A DNA stretch of 64,000 nucleotides from Sphingobacteriales bacterium (lineage in GTDB: Bacteria; Bacteroidota; Bacteroidia; Chitinophagales; Chitinophagaceae). A program made the position numbers and the translations under genes. The stretch spans positions 426 to 64,425 of the forward strand of contig JAAXIF010000067.1 in assembly GCA_012270485.1 (NCBI GenBank). Direction: 5' to 3'. Within the stretch, counting starts at the first letter, position 1, and each line of letters starts with the position of its first letter. This document shows positions 56,901 to 64,000 of this stretch, in pieces. The notes under the pieces were generated by a model, which was not told the origin of the DNA, made no database searches, and saw only the letters and a list, made by a program, of their open reading frames with translations.

Positions 56901-57480
56901 GATACATACCAAATCCTGCTCTGAAAACCGGTAATGGATCATTGAACTGATCACGATAAGGGGAATTGATATTTTGTAACACATCAATCATCAATGTTAC
57001 ATAAGAATATTGAGAGCCAACCATTCTGGAACCATAACCAATACCTACCAATAAACTTTCTGCGCTATAGTTGTATTTAAATGTTTGTCCCGATATCACA
57101 TTCTTTTGTGAGGAGTTAATCCAGTTATATTCCGGTTGTACTTGGACATGTAAAAAATTCACCGGCCAGATACGCAGAAAAGTACCCGCCCCATAATTAA
57201 AATTCCGAAAACGTGTATTGCTGAAATCAGAAGCATTTTGTGAAAAATAATTCACGTTCAGTGCTACTCCAGCATCTAACCAGTTATTGAAACTGTATCC
57301 AATTTCCGGGTTGACACCTACATTAAAAAAGCGATTACCCAAAGAAAGATTGACGGCGGCACCCAAAAAAGTATTTTCTCTTTTAAACTTTCCTTTCTTT
57401 TCATCTGCCTCATTGTTTTGTGCCATAGAAGACAAGCAAAGCAACAAACAAAGAGAGGTTAACAGTATACTGTTTTTCAT
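56884..57480 (-). CDS. Hypothetical outer-membrane beta-barrel protein
   Basis: Signal peptide, alternating aromatic/hydrophilic strands, and a C-terminal aromatic-rich strand. Confidence 0.55.
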   Translation of the reverse strand: MKNSILLTSLCLLLCLSSMAQNNEADEKKGKFKRENTFLGAAVNLSLGNRFFNVGVNPEIGYSFNNWLDAGVALNVNYFSQNASDFSNTRFRNFNYGAGTFLRIWPVNFLHVQVQPEYNWINSSQKNVISGQTFKYNYSAESLLVGIGYGSRMVGSQYSYVTLMIDVLQNINSPYRDQFNDPLPVFRAGFGMYLNRKK

Positions 57481-57510
57481 AGTTGCAGGTGTTTCATCAA
57501 AAATACGTTA

Positions 57511-58971
57511 CTAGTTCAGGTCAAAAATCTTTCCGGCATTTAAAATATTGTTAGGATCAAATGCTTTTTTGATTTCTCTCATCAAATACATATTGGCATC
57601 ACGGAAAACAGTAGATAGATACGGTTTCTGGATCAAACCAATACCATGTTCACCACTAATGGTTCCGCCTAATTTTTGTACCAATTCGAATAACGCCCTT
57701 AATGCTTGCGTCATTTCTTCGTTACCATGACTATTCTTAATGGTAGGGTGATTGATTCTGATATGCAGATTACCATCACCGGCATGTCCATAACAAACAG
57801 CATGGAAACCATATTGTTTACCCAATTCTTTGACTCCTTTGATTAGTGCGGGTAATTCAGCACGAGGTACTACCGTGTCTTCTTCAATGGTATAACCACT
57901 GGTTTTCACCGCTTCTGCCACACGGCGACGTAGTTTCCAGAGTTCTGCTTTTTGTTGTGCGTCATCTGCAAAGAATATTTCTCCTGCATCAAATTGCGTC
58001 AAGAGTTCTGCAATGGATTCCATCTCACTCATCAATACATCCATATTGTTGCCATCTACTTCAATGATGAGATGTGCTGCAATAGAATCATCAACAGGAA
58101 CAGCGGTACTATCTACCATTTGACTTACAATCTTCAATGCATCTATCTCTACCAATTCCAATGCACTTGGTACAAAACCCGCACGGAATATAGCACTTAC
58201 GGCTTCACTTGCTTTTTCCAAAGAAGCGAATGGTACCAACATCAGCAGATCATATTTTGGGAAAGGAATTAGTTTCAACACAATTTTGGTGACAATTCCC
58301 AACGTGCCTTCACTACCTACCATTAACTGGGTTAGATTATAACCTGTTGAATTTTTTAAAACATTCGCTCCTGTCCAAATGATTTCTCCGTTGGGTAAAA
58401 CCACTTCAAGATTCAATACATAGTCTTTTACTACACCATATTTTACAGCTTTCGGTCCGCCACTGTTTTCTGCGATATTTCCACCGATAAAACAACTGCC
58501 TCTGCTACTCGGATCGGGAGGGTAGAATAACCCCTTTTCTTTTACAGCATTTTGTAATACTTCTGTAATCACACCCGGTTCAGTGATGACTTGTAGATTT
58601 CTTTCATCGATCGATAGAATACTGTTCATTCTTTCTGTCGATAATAGTACTCCACCCAAATGTGGCAAAGCACCACCACTTAAACCTGTACCTGCACCTC
58701 TAGGAGTTACAGGAATACGGTCTTGGTTACAGATCGACATGATGGCAGCAATTTCTTCGGCCGTTCTAGGTTTTAATACCACTTCCGGTAGGAACAAGAG
58801 TCTTTCTGTTTCATCGTGCCCATAATGATTCAAATTTTCTTCATCTACTAACACATAGGCGTCCCCAACAATAGATTTGAATTTTTCTACATGTGCAGTT
58901 GTAATCAATCCCTTTCCGGCTATAACCCCCATATCTGAATAATTTTGGTAAAAATAATTCCTGTCAGGCAC
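57511..58971 (-). CDS. FAD-linked oxidase (GlcD / D-lactate dehydrogenase-like)
   Basis: PVTPRGAGTGLSGGALP FAD-binding motif and GGTISGEHGIG at the C-terminus. The start is uncertain (58971 or 58932). Confidence 0.88.
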   Translation of the reverse strand: MPDRNYFYQNYSDMGVIAGKGLITTAHVEKFKSIVGDAYVLVDEENLNHYGHDETERLLFLPEVVLKPRTAEEIAAIMSICNQDRIPVTPRGAGTGLSGGALPHLGGVLLSTERMNSILSIDERNLQVITEPGVITEVLQNAVKEKGLFYPPDPSSRGSCFIGGNIAENSGGPKAVKYGVVKDYVLNLEVVLPNGEIIWTGANVLKNSTGYNLTQLMVGSEGTLGIVTKIVLKLIPFPKYDLLMLVPFASLEKASEAVSAIFRAGFVPSALELVEIDALKIVSQMVDSTAVPVDDSIAAHLIIEVDGNNMDVLMSEMESIAELLTQFDAGEIFFADDAQQKAELWKLRRRVAEAVKTSGYTIEEDTVVPRAELPALIKGVKELGKQYGFHAVCYGHAGDGNLHIRINHPTIKNSHGNEEMTQALRALFELVQKLGGTISGEHGIGLIQKPYLSTVFRDANMYLMREIKKAFDPNNILNAGKIFDLN

Positions 58972-59137
58972 AAGTGTGCAGGAATCTGCGCTTTTACGCT
59001 GAATTTTTTATAAAAACTTCAATTTTTTCATGATCAGAGCATAAAATTCACCTGAGTCTGTTGGATTTTTTGAATATCCTACAATGATTTCCGCAAACGA
59101 TTGATAAACTATAACGTGTAGATATTACATAAAAGAA

Positions 59138-59166
59138 TTGGTGAAATGATTAAACGGTTAATTTTG
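59138..59166 (+). promoter_or_regulatory. Candidate pckA promoter
   Basis: TTG (59138-59140), an 18-nt spacer, then TAATTTTG (59159-59166), 26 nt before the ATG. Confidence 0.45.
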
Positions 59167-59192
59167 CCCAACTAACTAACGATTGTTCGTAT

Positions 59193-60797
59193 ATGACTGA
59201 ATCTATGACCCAATTGAATCTGCAACAAATCACAGCATTAGGTTTAACCGGTACCCATCAGCTTCATTATCAATTAAGTCCGGAAGTATTGACTGAGCAA
59301 GCCGTATTGAGAAACCAAGGAACGCTGAATGACACAGGCGCTCTTTGTATCAATACCGGAGAGTTTACCGGTCGTTCTCCTCAGGACAAATTCATTGTGA
59401 AGGACAGTATCACTGAAAACACTGTTCATTGGAATAATTTCAACATTGCCATTGAAGAGCGATACTTTTTTCAGTTGAAAGAAAAAATGATGCAATACCT
59501 CAATGGTAAAGAAGAACTATGGGTTCGTGATGCTTATGCTTGTGCTGATCCTGCCTATCGCATGAATATCCGTGTGATCAATGAAAATCCATGGAGTAAT
59601 TTATTCGCTTATAACATGTTCCTTCGTCCAACAGAACAGGAATTGGACAATTTCCAACCTGAATGGCATATCATTCAGGCGCCTGGCTTCAAAGCTGATC
59701 CTGCGGTGGATGGAACACGTCAGCATAATTTTGCGGTTGTTTCATTTACACACAAAACCATTCTGATTGGTGGCACTGGCTACACCGGTGAAATGAAGAA
59801 GGGAATTTTTACCATCTTGAATTATGTATTACCACAACAGAAAAATGTATTGAGCATGCATTGTAGTGCCAATATGGGTAAGGATGGTGATGTGGCTATT
59901 TTCTTTGGTTTGAGTGGAACCGGAAAAACAACTTTGAGTGCGGACCCTAATCGCAAACTGATTGGTGATGATGAACATGGTTGGACTGCCAACAGCGTTT
60001 TCAATTTTGAAGGCGGTTGTTATGCAAAGACCATTGACTTAAGTGAAGAAAAAGAACCGGAGATTTATCATGCTATTCGTCCGGGTGCATTGGTGGAGAA
60101 TGTTGGTTTTGAAAATGGCAGCAATAAAATTGATTTTGCGAGTAAAAAAATTACAGAAAATACACGTGTAAGTTATCCGCTTCATTTTATCAGCAATGCT
60201 GCTGAACCTAGTATTGGAGGCTTACCTAAAAATATTTTCTTCCTGACTTGTGATGCGTATGGTGTTTTACCCCCGATCAGTAAACTAACGCCGGGACAGG
60301 CAATGTATCAATTCATCAGTGGATACACAGCCAAAGTTGCAGGAACGGAAGCAGGTGTTACTGAGCCTAAGTCTACTTTCAGTGCATGTTTTGGCGCACC
60401 TTTCTTGCCTTTACATCCCGGTAAATATGCAGAGATGTTGGGGAACAAAATGAGAGAACATGCAGTGAATGTGTGGATGATCAATACCGGATGGAGTGGT
60501 GGATCTTATGGCGTTGGCAGCAGAATGAAACTCAGTTATACCAGGGCTATGATTACAGCAGCTTTGAATGGTGATTTAGATCATGTTCAATTTGAAGCGC
60601 ACCCCGTATTTGGCATGATGATGCCTGTAAGCTGTCCGAACGTGCCTTCAGAAATGTTGAATCCACGTAATACTTGGGCTGATACGAATGCCTATGACGT
60701 AAAAGCAAAAGACTTGGCACAACAATTCATCAATAATTTCTCTAAATATGCAGCGGGTGTAAGCGAAGAAATTTTACAAGCAGCCCCTCTTGCTTAA
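59193..60797 (+). CDS. pckA: Phosphoenolpyruvate carboxykinase (ATP)
   Basis: FTGRSPQDKF, GLSGTGKTTLS, GDDEHGW, NTGWSGG. Confidence 0.96.
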   Translation: MTESMTQLNLQQITALGLTGTHQLHYQLSPEVLTEQAVLRNQGTLNDTGALCINTGEFTGRSPQDKFIVKDSITENTVHWNNFNIAIEERYFFQLKEKMMQYLNGKEELWVRDAYACADPAYRMNIRVINENPWSNLFAYNMFLRPTEQELDNFQPEWHIIQAPGFKADPAVDGTRQHNFAVVSFTHKTILIGGTGYTGEMKKGIFTILNYVLPQQKNVLSMHCSANMGKDGDVAIFFGLSGTGKTTLSADPNRKLIGDDEHGWTANSVFNFEGGCYAKTIDLSEEKEPEIYHAIRPGALVENVGFENGSNKIDFASKKITENTRVSYPLHFISNAAEPSIGGLPKNIFFLTCDAYGVLPPISKLTPGQAMYQFISGYTAKVAGTEAGVTEPKSTFSACFGAPFLPLHPGKYAEMLGNKMREHAVNVWMINTGWSGGSYGVGSRMKLSYTRAMITAALNGDLDHVQFEAHPVFGMMMPVSCPNVPSEMLNPRNTWADTNAYDVKAKDLAQQFINNFSKYAAGVSEEILQAAPLA

Positions 60798-60861
60798 CTG
60801 CTGAAGGGTACGCTATAAAGATACTAAACTCGGTCTCTTCGATTGCTTTGTCTGTTTGAGT

Positions 60862-60894
60862 GAAATCCCGTCCTCGTGGCGGGATTTCTGTTTT
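60862..60894 (+). terminator. Intrinsic terminator after pckA
   Basis: GAAATCCCG-tcctcgtgg-CGGGATTTC followed by TGTTTT. Confidence 0.75.
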
Positions 60895-60900
60895 GGTCGA

Positions 60901-61014
60901 TGGTCCATAGTCCATAGCCCATGGAGGATATCATATAGATCATAGTTTCTTGCGCATAATCTTAAAACTATACGCAATAAACTATATGCCATGGACCATG
61001 GACTATGGTCTATG
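60901..61014. repeat. Split GWCYATR palindrome (copy 5) with ~62-nt hairpin-containing insert between the arms
   Basis: Left arm GGTCCATAGTCCATAGCCCATGG. Right arm CCATGGACCATGGACTATGGTCTATG. The insert carries nested IRs ATAGTTT/AAACTAT and TTGCGCATA/TATACGCAA. Confidence 0.8.
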
Positions 61015-61692
61015 TTCTCTCCGATGTAACTCAAAATAATACCCGATCTGAATAAAGTCCCTACCTGTTTCATCGTTGATTTTGTAATCAAACTGGTGAA
61101 GGAATCCTAATTGAAGTGTTGTTGTTGCAGAAGTTTTGTATTGAAGACCTAGCGCCATTCTGTTTCTCTCAAAAAAAGGTTCTCCATCTGTGAGGAAGAT
61201 TTCATTATTGAAATATACTTGCCATGGTTTTGTTTGTGATGTTGATGAACCGAAAGGATAGGAGACACCGAATCTATACCTGAATCTATTGCGATAACCA
61301 TTCGAAGTGAATCGTAACTCTGCACGATAGCGTTGCTCTATTTTAAAATTCCCTAATGATTGTGTCAATAATACCTGTGGCCAAATTCTGAATTCGTCAT
61401 TGTTCTTTGGTTTCACAAAATTACCACCCTCTTTATAGGTTTGATAAGACCCCGCGGCTAATGACAACATTAAATTATTATTCGCTTTGTAATTAACTCC
61501 TCCTTTGTACTCATAATAATGAAACTGATTGTACAATTTCAGAGAACGAATCTGACCTTCACCAAATACACTCCATTTTTGATTAATACTATAACGGAGG
61601 TTCAAGATATTCCAAGTGCCGATATCAAGCCCCTGTGCTTTGAGAACTAACGATGTAACAAAAAGTACTAAAACAAGGAATAGTTTTTTCAT
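61003..61692 (-). CDS. DUF2490-like outer-membrane protein
   Basis: Signal peptide MKKLFLVLVLFVTSLVLKAQ and beta-strand-rich Y/F/N composition. The last ~4 codons and the stop lie inside the repeat arm. Confidence 0.6.
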   Translation of the reverse strand: MKKLFLVLVLFVTSLVLKAQGLDIGTWNILNLRYSINQKWSVFGEGQIRSLKLYNQFHYYEYKGGVNYKANNNLMLSLAAGSYQTYKEGGNFVKPKNNDEFRIWPQVLLTQSLGNFKIEQRYRAELRFTSNGYRNRFRYRFGVSYPFGSSTSQTKPWQVYFNNEIFLTDGEPFFERNRMALGLQYKTSATTTLQLGFLHQFDYKINDETGRDFIQIGYYFELHRREHRP

Positions 61693-61785
61693 GTCAATAC
61701 TCACAAAATTATTAGTAAATCACCTTACAACTCACCTAGTGTAACTCCGTGTTCAACTCTGCGTAACACTGTGGTTATACCAATA

Positions 61786-63054
61786 CTATTTTTTGAATTC
61801 AATGACATACTCAGACATATACTTCCCTAAATCCGAGTACTTAAAAAATAAACGAGCTTTTTTCCCCAAACGCATGCTGGTTCGTTTTGCTGCAATATCC
61901 TCAGGGGTATTCAAAGGTTGTAAGGAAGGATACCACAATACATGTCCGGGTTTCTGCAATAATAATTGTGGGGTACTCCATTGTTGTGAATGATCATCTT
62001 TACCTAGGTCTTTGTGTGGATTGAATGAGATATAGAGTTTATCACCCACCCATGATTGTCCTTCTACACGTCCCATTAACATCACCCAACACTCCAAGTA
62101 TTCATTCCAGCTAACAGAGGGTCCCCAGTGAAAGCCACCTTTAGGCGATGAAGCGGCGCCTCCTCCTTTTTCTATCGGTATCTGAAGTGATGCGATGGGT
62201 TTGCCTGTTCCATCCCAAGGAGCATGGAAGCCTTTGCCATCCCAACGTTTCGCTTTTCCTTGTGGATGATCTAAATCCGTTAAAGCGATTTTCGCAATAC
62301 TGATACATTGTCCACCCCATTCTTGTTTTGCATCATAGCTGAGTGAATCATAACTATCCGGATAACCATATTCACCATAAAACAAATAGAGATCATTACC
62401 CACAGCTACCGCTGAAGGATCGCCTACACCACCTGCAAAGGTTTTTGAAGTATTGTGTGGTTTCAGGATCATGCGTGGTTGTTTATCTTCCAGAAACAAT
62501 CCCTTATTCTCCCAACTCCATCCACCATTGGTAGATTTCATGATACCAATTCTACAAACAGCAGCAGGGGTGATTCTTTCTGTTAATCCTAATGGCCATT
62601 TATGATCTATATATCCTTCTTTTGTTGCACTGTCATAGGGTAATGTTTCCGGATAATTTTCATTGTGATAAACAGCATACAATGTTTTACCGGTTTTGTC
62701 TTTTGTATCCTGATACACGGTTTCAAACCAAACAGCACCATGTAATCCGGGTTTCCCTTTGGCTGCATTTAAGGGCATTGTAGGGGCTATGTAAGCAGAT
62801 GCCGGACTTGCGAACACTTCATCTGCATTTTTTCCTGAAGCAAATTTTAAATCATGTGCTTCACCCCAAACCGGGTCTTCACCATATTTGCCGGGAAAGA
62901 TGCGAAGTGTGTCACCAATCCAAGCTTCAGCCATATTGCAATCCACGAAATTGTTAAAGTGGAAAGTATCCGTGGCTGTCAATGTAAACTCAGGAAGTTT
63001 CGTGGAGGTTGATTGACAAGAGATGAGGAATAAAAAAGGAAGCAGACGTTTCAT
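61786..63054 (-). CDS. Hypothetical lipoprotein
   Basis: Lipobox FLFLISCQS, 422 aa with W/G/D-rich propeller-like composition. No family recognised with confidence. Confidence 0.6.
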   Translation of the reverse strand: MKRLLPFLFLISCQSTSTKLPEFTLTATDTFHFNNFVDCNMAEAWIGDTLRIFPGKYGEDPVWGEAHDLKFASGKNADEVFASPASAYIAPTMPLNAAKGKPGLHGAVWFETVYQDTKDKTGKTLYAVYHNENYPETLPYDSATKEGYIDHKWPLGLTERITPAAVCRIGIMKSTNGGWSWENKGLFLEDKQPRMILKPHNTSKTFAGGVGDPSAVAVGNDLYLFYGEYGYPDSYDSLSYDAKQEWGGQCISIAKIALTDLDHPQGKAKRWDGKGFHAPWDGTGKPIASLQIPIEKGGGAASSPKGGFHWGPSVSWNEYLECWVMLMGRVEGQSWVGDKLYISFNPHKDLGKDDHSQQWSTPQLLLQKPGHVLWYPSLQPLNTPEDIAAKRTSMRLGKKARLFFKYSDLGKYMSEYVIEFKK

Positions 63055-63089
63055 CTTTCGGATTTTGCTTCCTAAGTTATTTATTTATT

Positions 63090-63148
63090 GCCACTGAAAG
63101 CACAGAAATACACATAATCATTCAGTGGATTTCTGTGCTTTCAGTGGC
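63090..63148. repeat. Perfect 20-bp inverted repeat
   Basis: GCCACTGAAAGCACAGAAAT, 19 nt, then ATTTCTGTGCTTTCAGTGGC. Confidence 0.85.
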
Positions 63149-63180
63149 ATTTTAAAATAAAACCACAGCATCCTACAAAA

Positions 63181-63226
63181 GAAAAAGCCTCAGATACATT
63201 TGCAGATGGAAAACGTATCTGAGGCC
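63181..63226 (-). terminator. Intrinsic terminator after the deoxynucleoside kinase gene
   Basis: Minus-strand reading: GCCTCAGATAC...GTATCTGAGGC followed by TTTTTC. Confidence 0.75.
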
Positions 63227-63241
63227 TTATAGAATAGGGCT

Positions 63242-63877
63242 TTAGAATAAGCCAAACAACATACCATCTACTTTACTAATGATCTCTCCAAAATGTTCTT
63301 CACTTTCTGCAAATTTATTTTTGTCGCAATCGATCACCAGCAACTGACCTTCTTTATAACCATCAATCCATTTATTATAGTACTCATTCAATCGTTTCAG
63401 ATAATCCAAACGAATATTCTCTTCATATTCTCTTCCTCTTTTTTGGATTTGTGCAACTAGCGTAGGTACGGATGCTTTCAAATAGATCAAAAGATCCGGA
63501 GGTTGTACCATGGTTTTCAAAGTCTGAAAGAATTGATAGTAGTTATCAAAGTCACGTTTACTCATCAGTCCCATTTCGTGCAGATTGGGAGCAAAGATGT
63601 TGGCATCTTCATAAATGGTTCTGTCTTGTATAACAGTCTCAGTCCCATGATGAATATCCAATAGTTGGTTCAGTCGGCTATTCAGAAAATAGATCTGCAG
63701 ATTGAAGCTCCAGCGAGGCATATCCTCGTAAAAATCCATCAGATAAGGGTTGTGATCAACATCTTCAAACTGAGGAATCCAGCGGTAGTGCTTACTCAAC
63801 ATCTCCGTAAGCGTCGTTTTACCCGCACCGATATTTCCGGCTACGGCTACATGTTTTGGTTTCTTAGGTTTCGCCAT
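63242..63877 (-). CDS. Deoxynucleoside kinase
   Basis: P-loop VAVAGNIGAGKTTL, plus the DRTIYED motif. Start at ATG 63877; the track N-terminal extension is translated repeat. Confidence 0.88.
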   Translation of the reverse strand: MAKPKKPKHVAVAGNIGAGKTTLTEMLSKHYRWIPQFEDVDHNPYLMDFYEDMPRWSFNLQIYFLNSRLNQLLDIHHGTETVIQDRTIYEDANIFAPNLHEMGLMSKRDFDNYYQFFQTLKTMVQPPDLLIYLKASVPTLVAQIQKRGREYEENIRLDYLKRLNEYYNKWIDGYKEGQLLVIDCDKNKFAESEEHFGEIISKVDGMLFGLF

Positions 63878-63928
63878 AAAAATGAAAATACGAAAGTTGA
63901 GAGAATTGGGGGGAGAATTTTGGGGAGT

Positions 63929-63978
63929 CAGTCCATAGTTTATAGTCCATAGACCATGGTCCATGGACTATGGACTAA
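63929..63978. repeat. GWCYATR heptamer palindrome (REP-like), copy 6
   Basis: ca|GTCCATA|GTTTATA|GTCCATA|GACCATG|GTCCATG|GACTATG|GACTAAT. Confidence 0.85.
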
Positions 63979-64000
63979 TAATCCATCCCCACAGCCGTTC

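Noticed and set aside
60813-61091. 92-aa minus-strand ORF spanning the pckA terminator and the split REP
   Set aside because: It is composed almost entirely of translated repeat arms (HGLWTMDHRP, SPWSMAYSLL) and terminator sequence, with no coding signal.
63878-63964. N-terminal 29-codon extension of the deoxynucleoside kinase ORF (MDHGLWTINYGL...)
   Set aside because: The extension is translated REP copy 6. The internal ATG at 63877 gives a normal kinase N-terminus just before the P-loop.

Overview
The window looks like a chromosomal segment of a Bacteroidota genome, probably Chitinophagia- or Sphingobacteriia-like. Supporting signs are TAnnTTTG-type promoters, a T9SS C-terminal sorting domain, and bamD-rpoZ-coaBC-DUF4835 synteny. 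The backbone is housekeeping. It holds fusA, a complete S10-spc ribosomal cluster (rpsJ to rplO, then secY and map), rpsA, bamD/rpoZ/coaBC, CoA-transferase A/B, grpE-dnaJ, hpt and pckA, plus assorted enzymes and envelope proteins. I saw no rRNA, tRNA or CRISPR array.

Three things stand out.

1. **Defence/addiction islet (27.65-32.3 kb).** This lower-GC insert between a CBS gene and rpsA carries an Abi_2 gene, a MazEF pair and a KilA-N gene. Each cassette is preceded by the same 24-nt box. Two cassettes also share a ~190-nt non-coding module, and one copy of that module is interrupted by a 167-nt hairpin-rich segment.

2. **AT-rich two-gene cassette (52.4-54.7 kb).** It encodes a secreted protein and an AAA+ ATPase of the CbbX/SpoVK type with a possible TerB-like N-domain.

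3. **Short-word tandem repeats in the spacers.** Many intergenic spacers, including those inside the ribosomal operon, are filled with 7-8 nt word repeats and their inverted copies. Examples are GTCCATG, GTGAAAA, GTGAATG, GGAAATA, TTTGAAAA and AAGCTTC. These form REP-like palindromes. One pair brackets a four-helix-bundle (IVS/Avd-like) gene.

Coordinates of non-coding elements were located by eye and may be off by a few nt.
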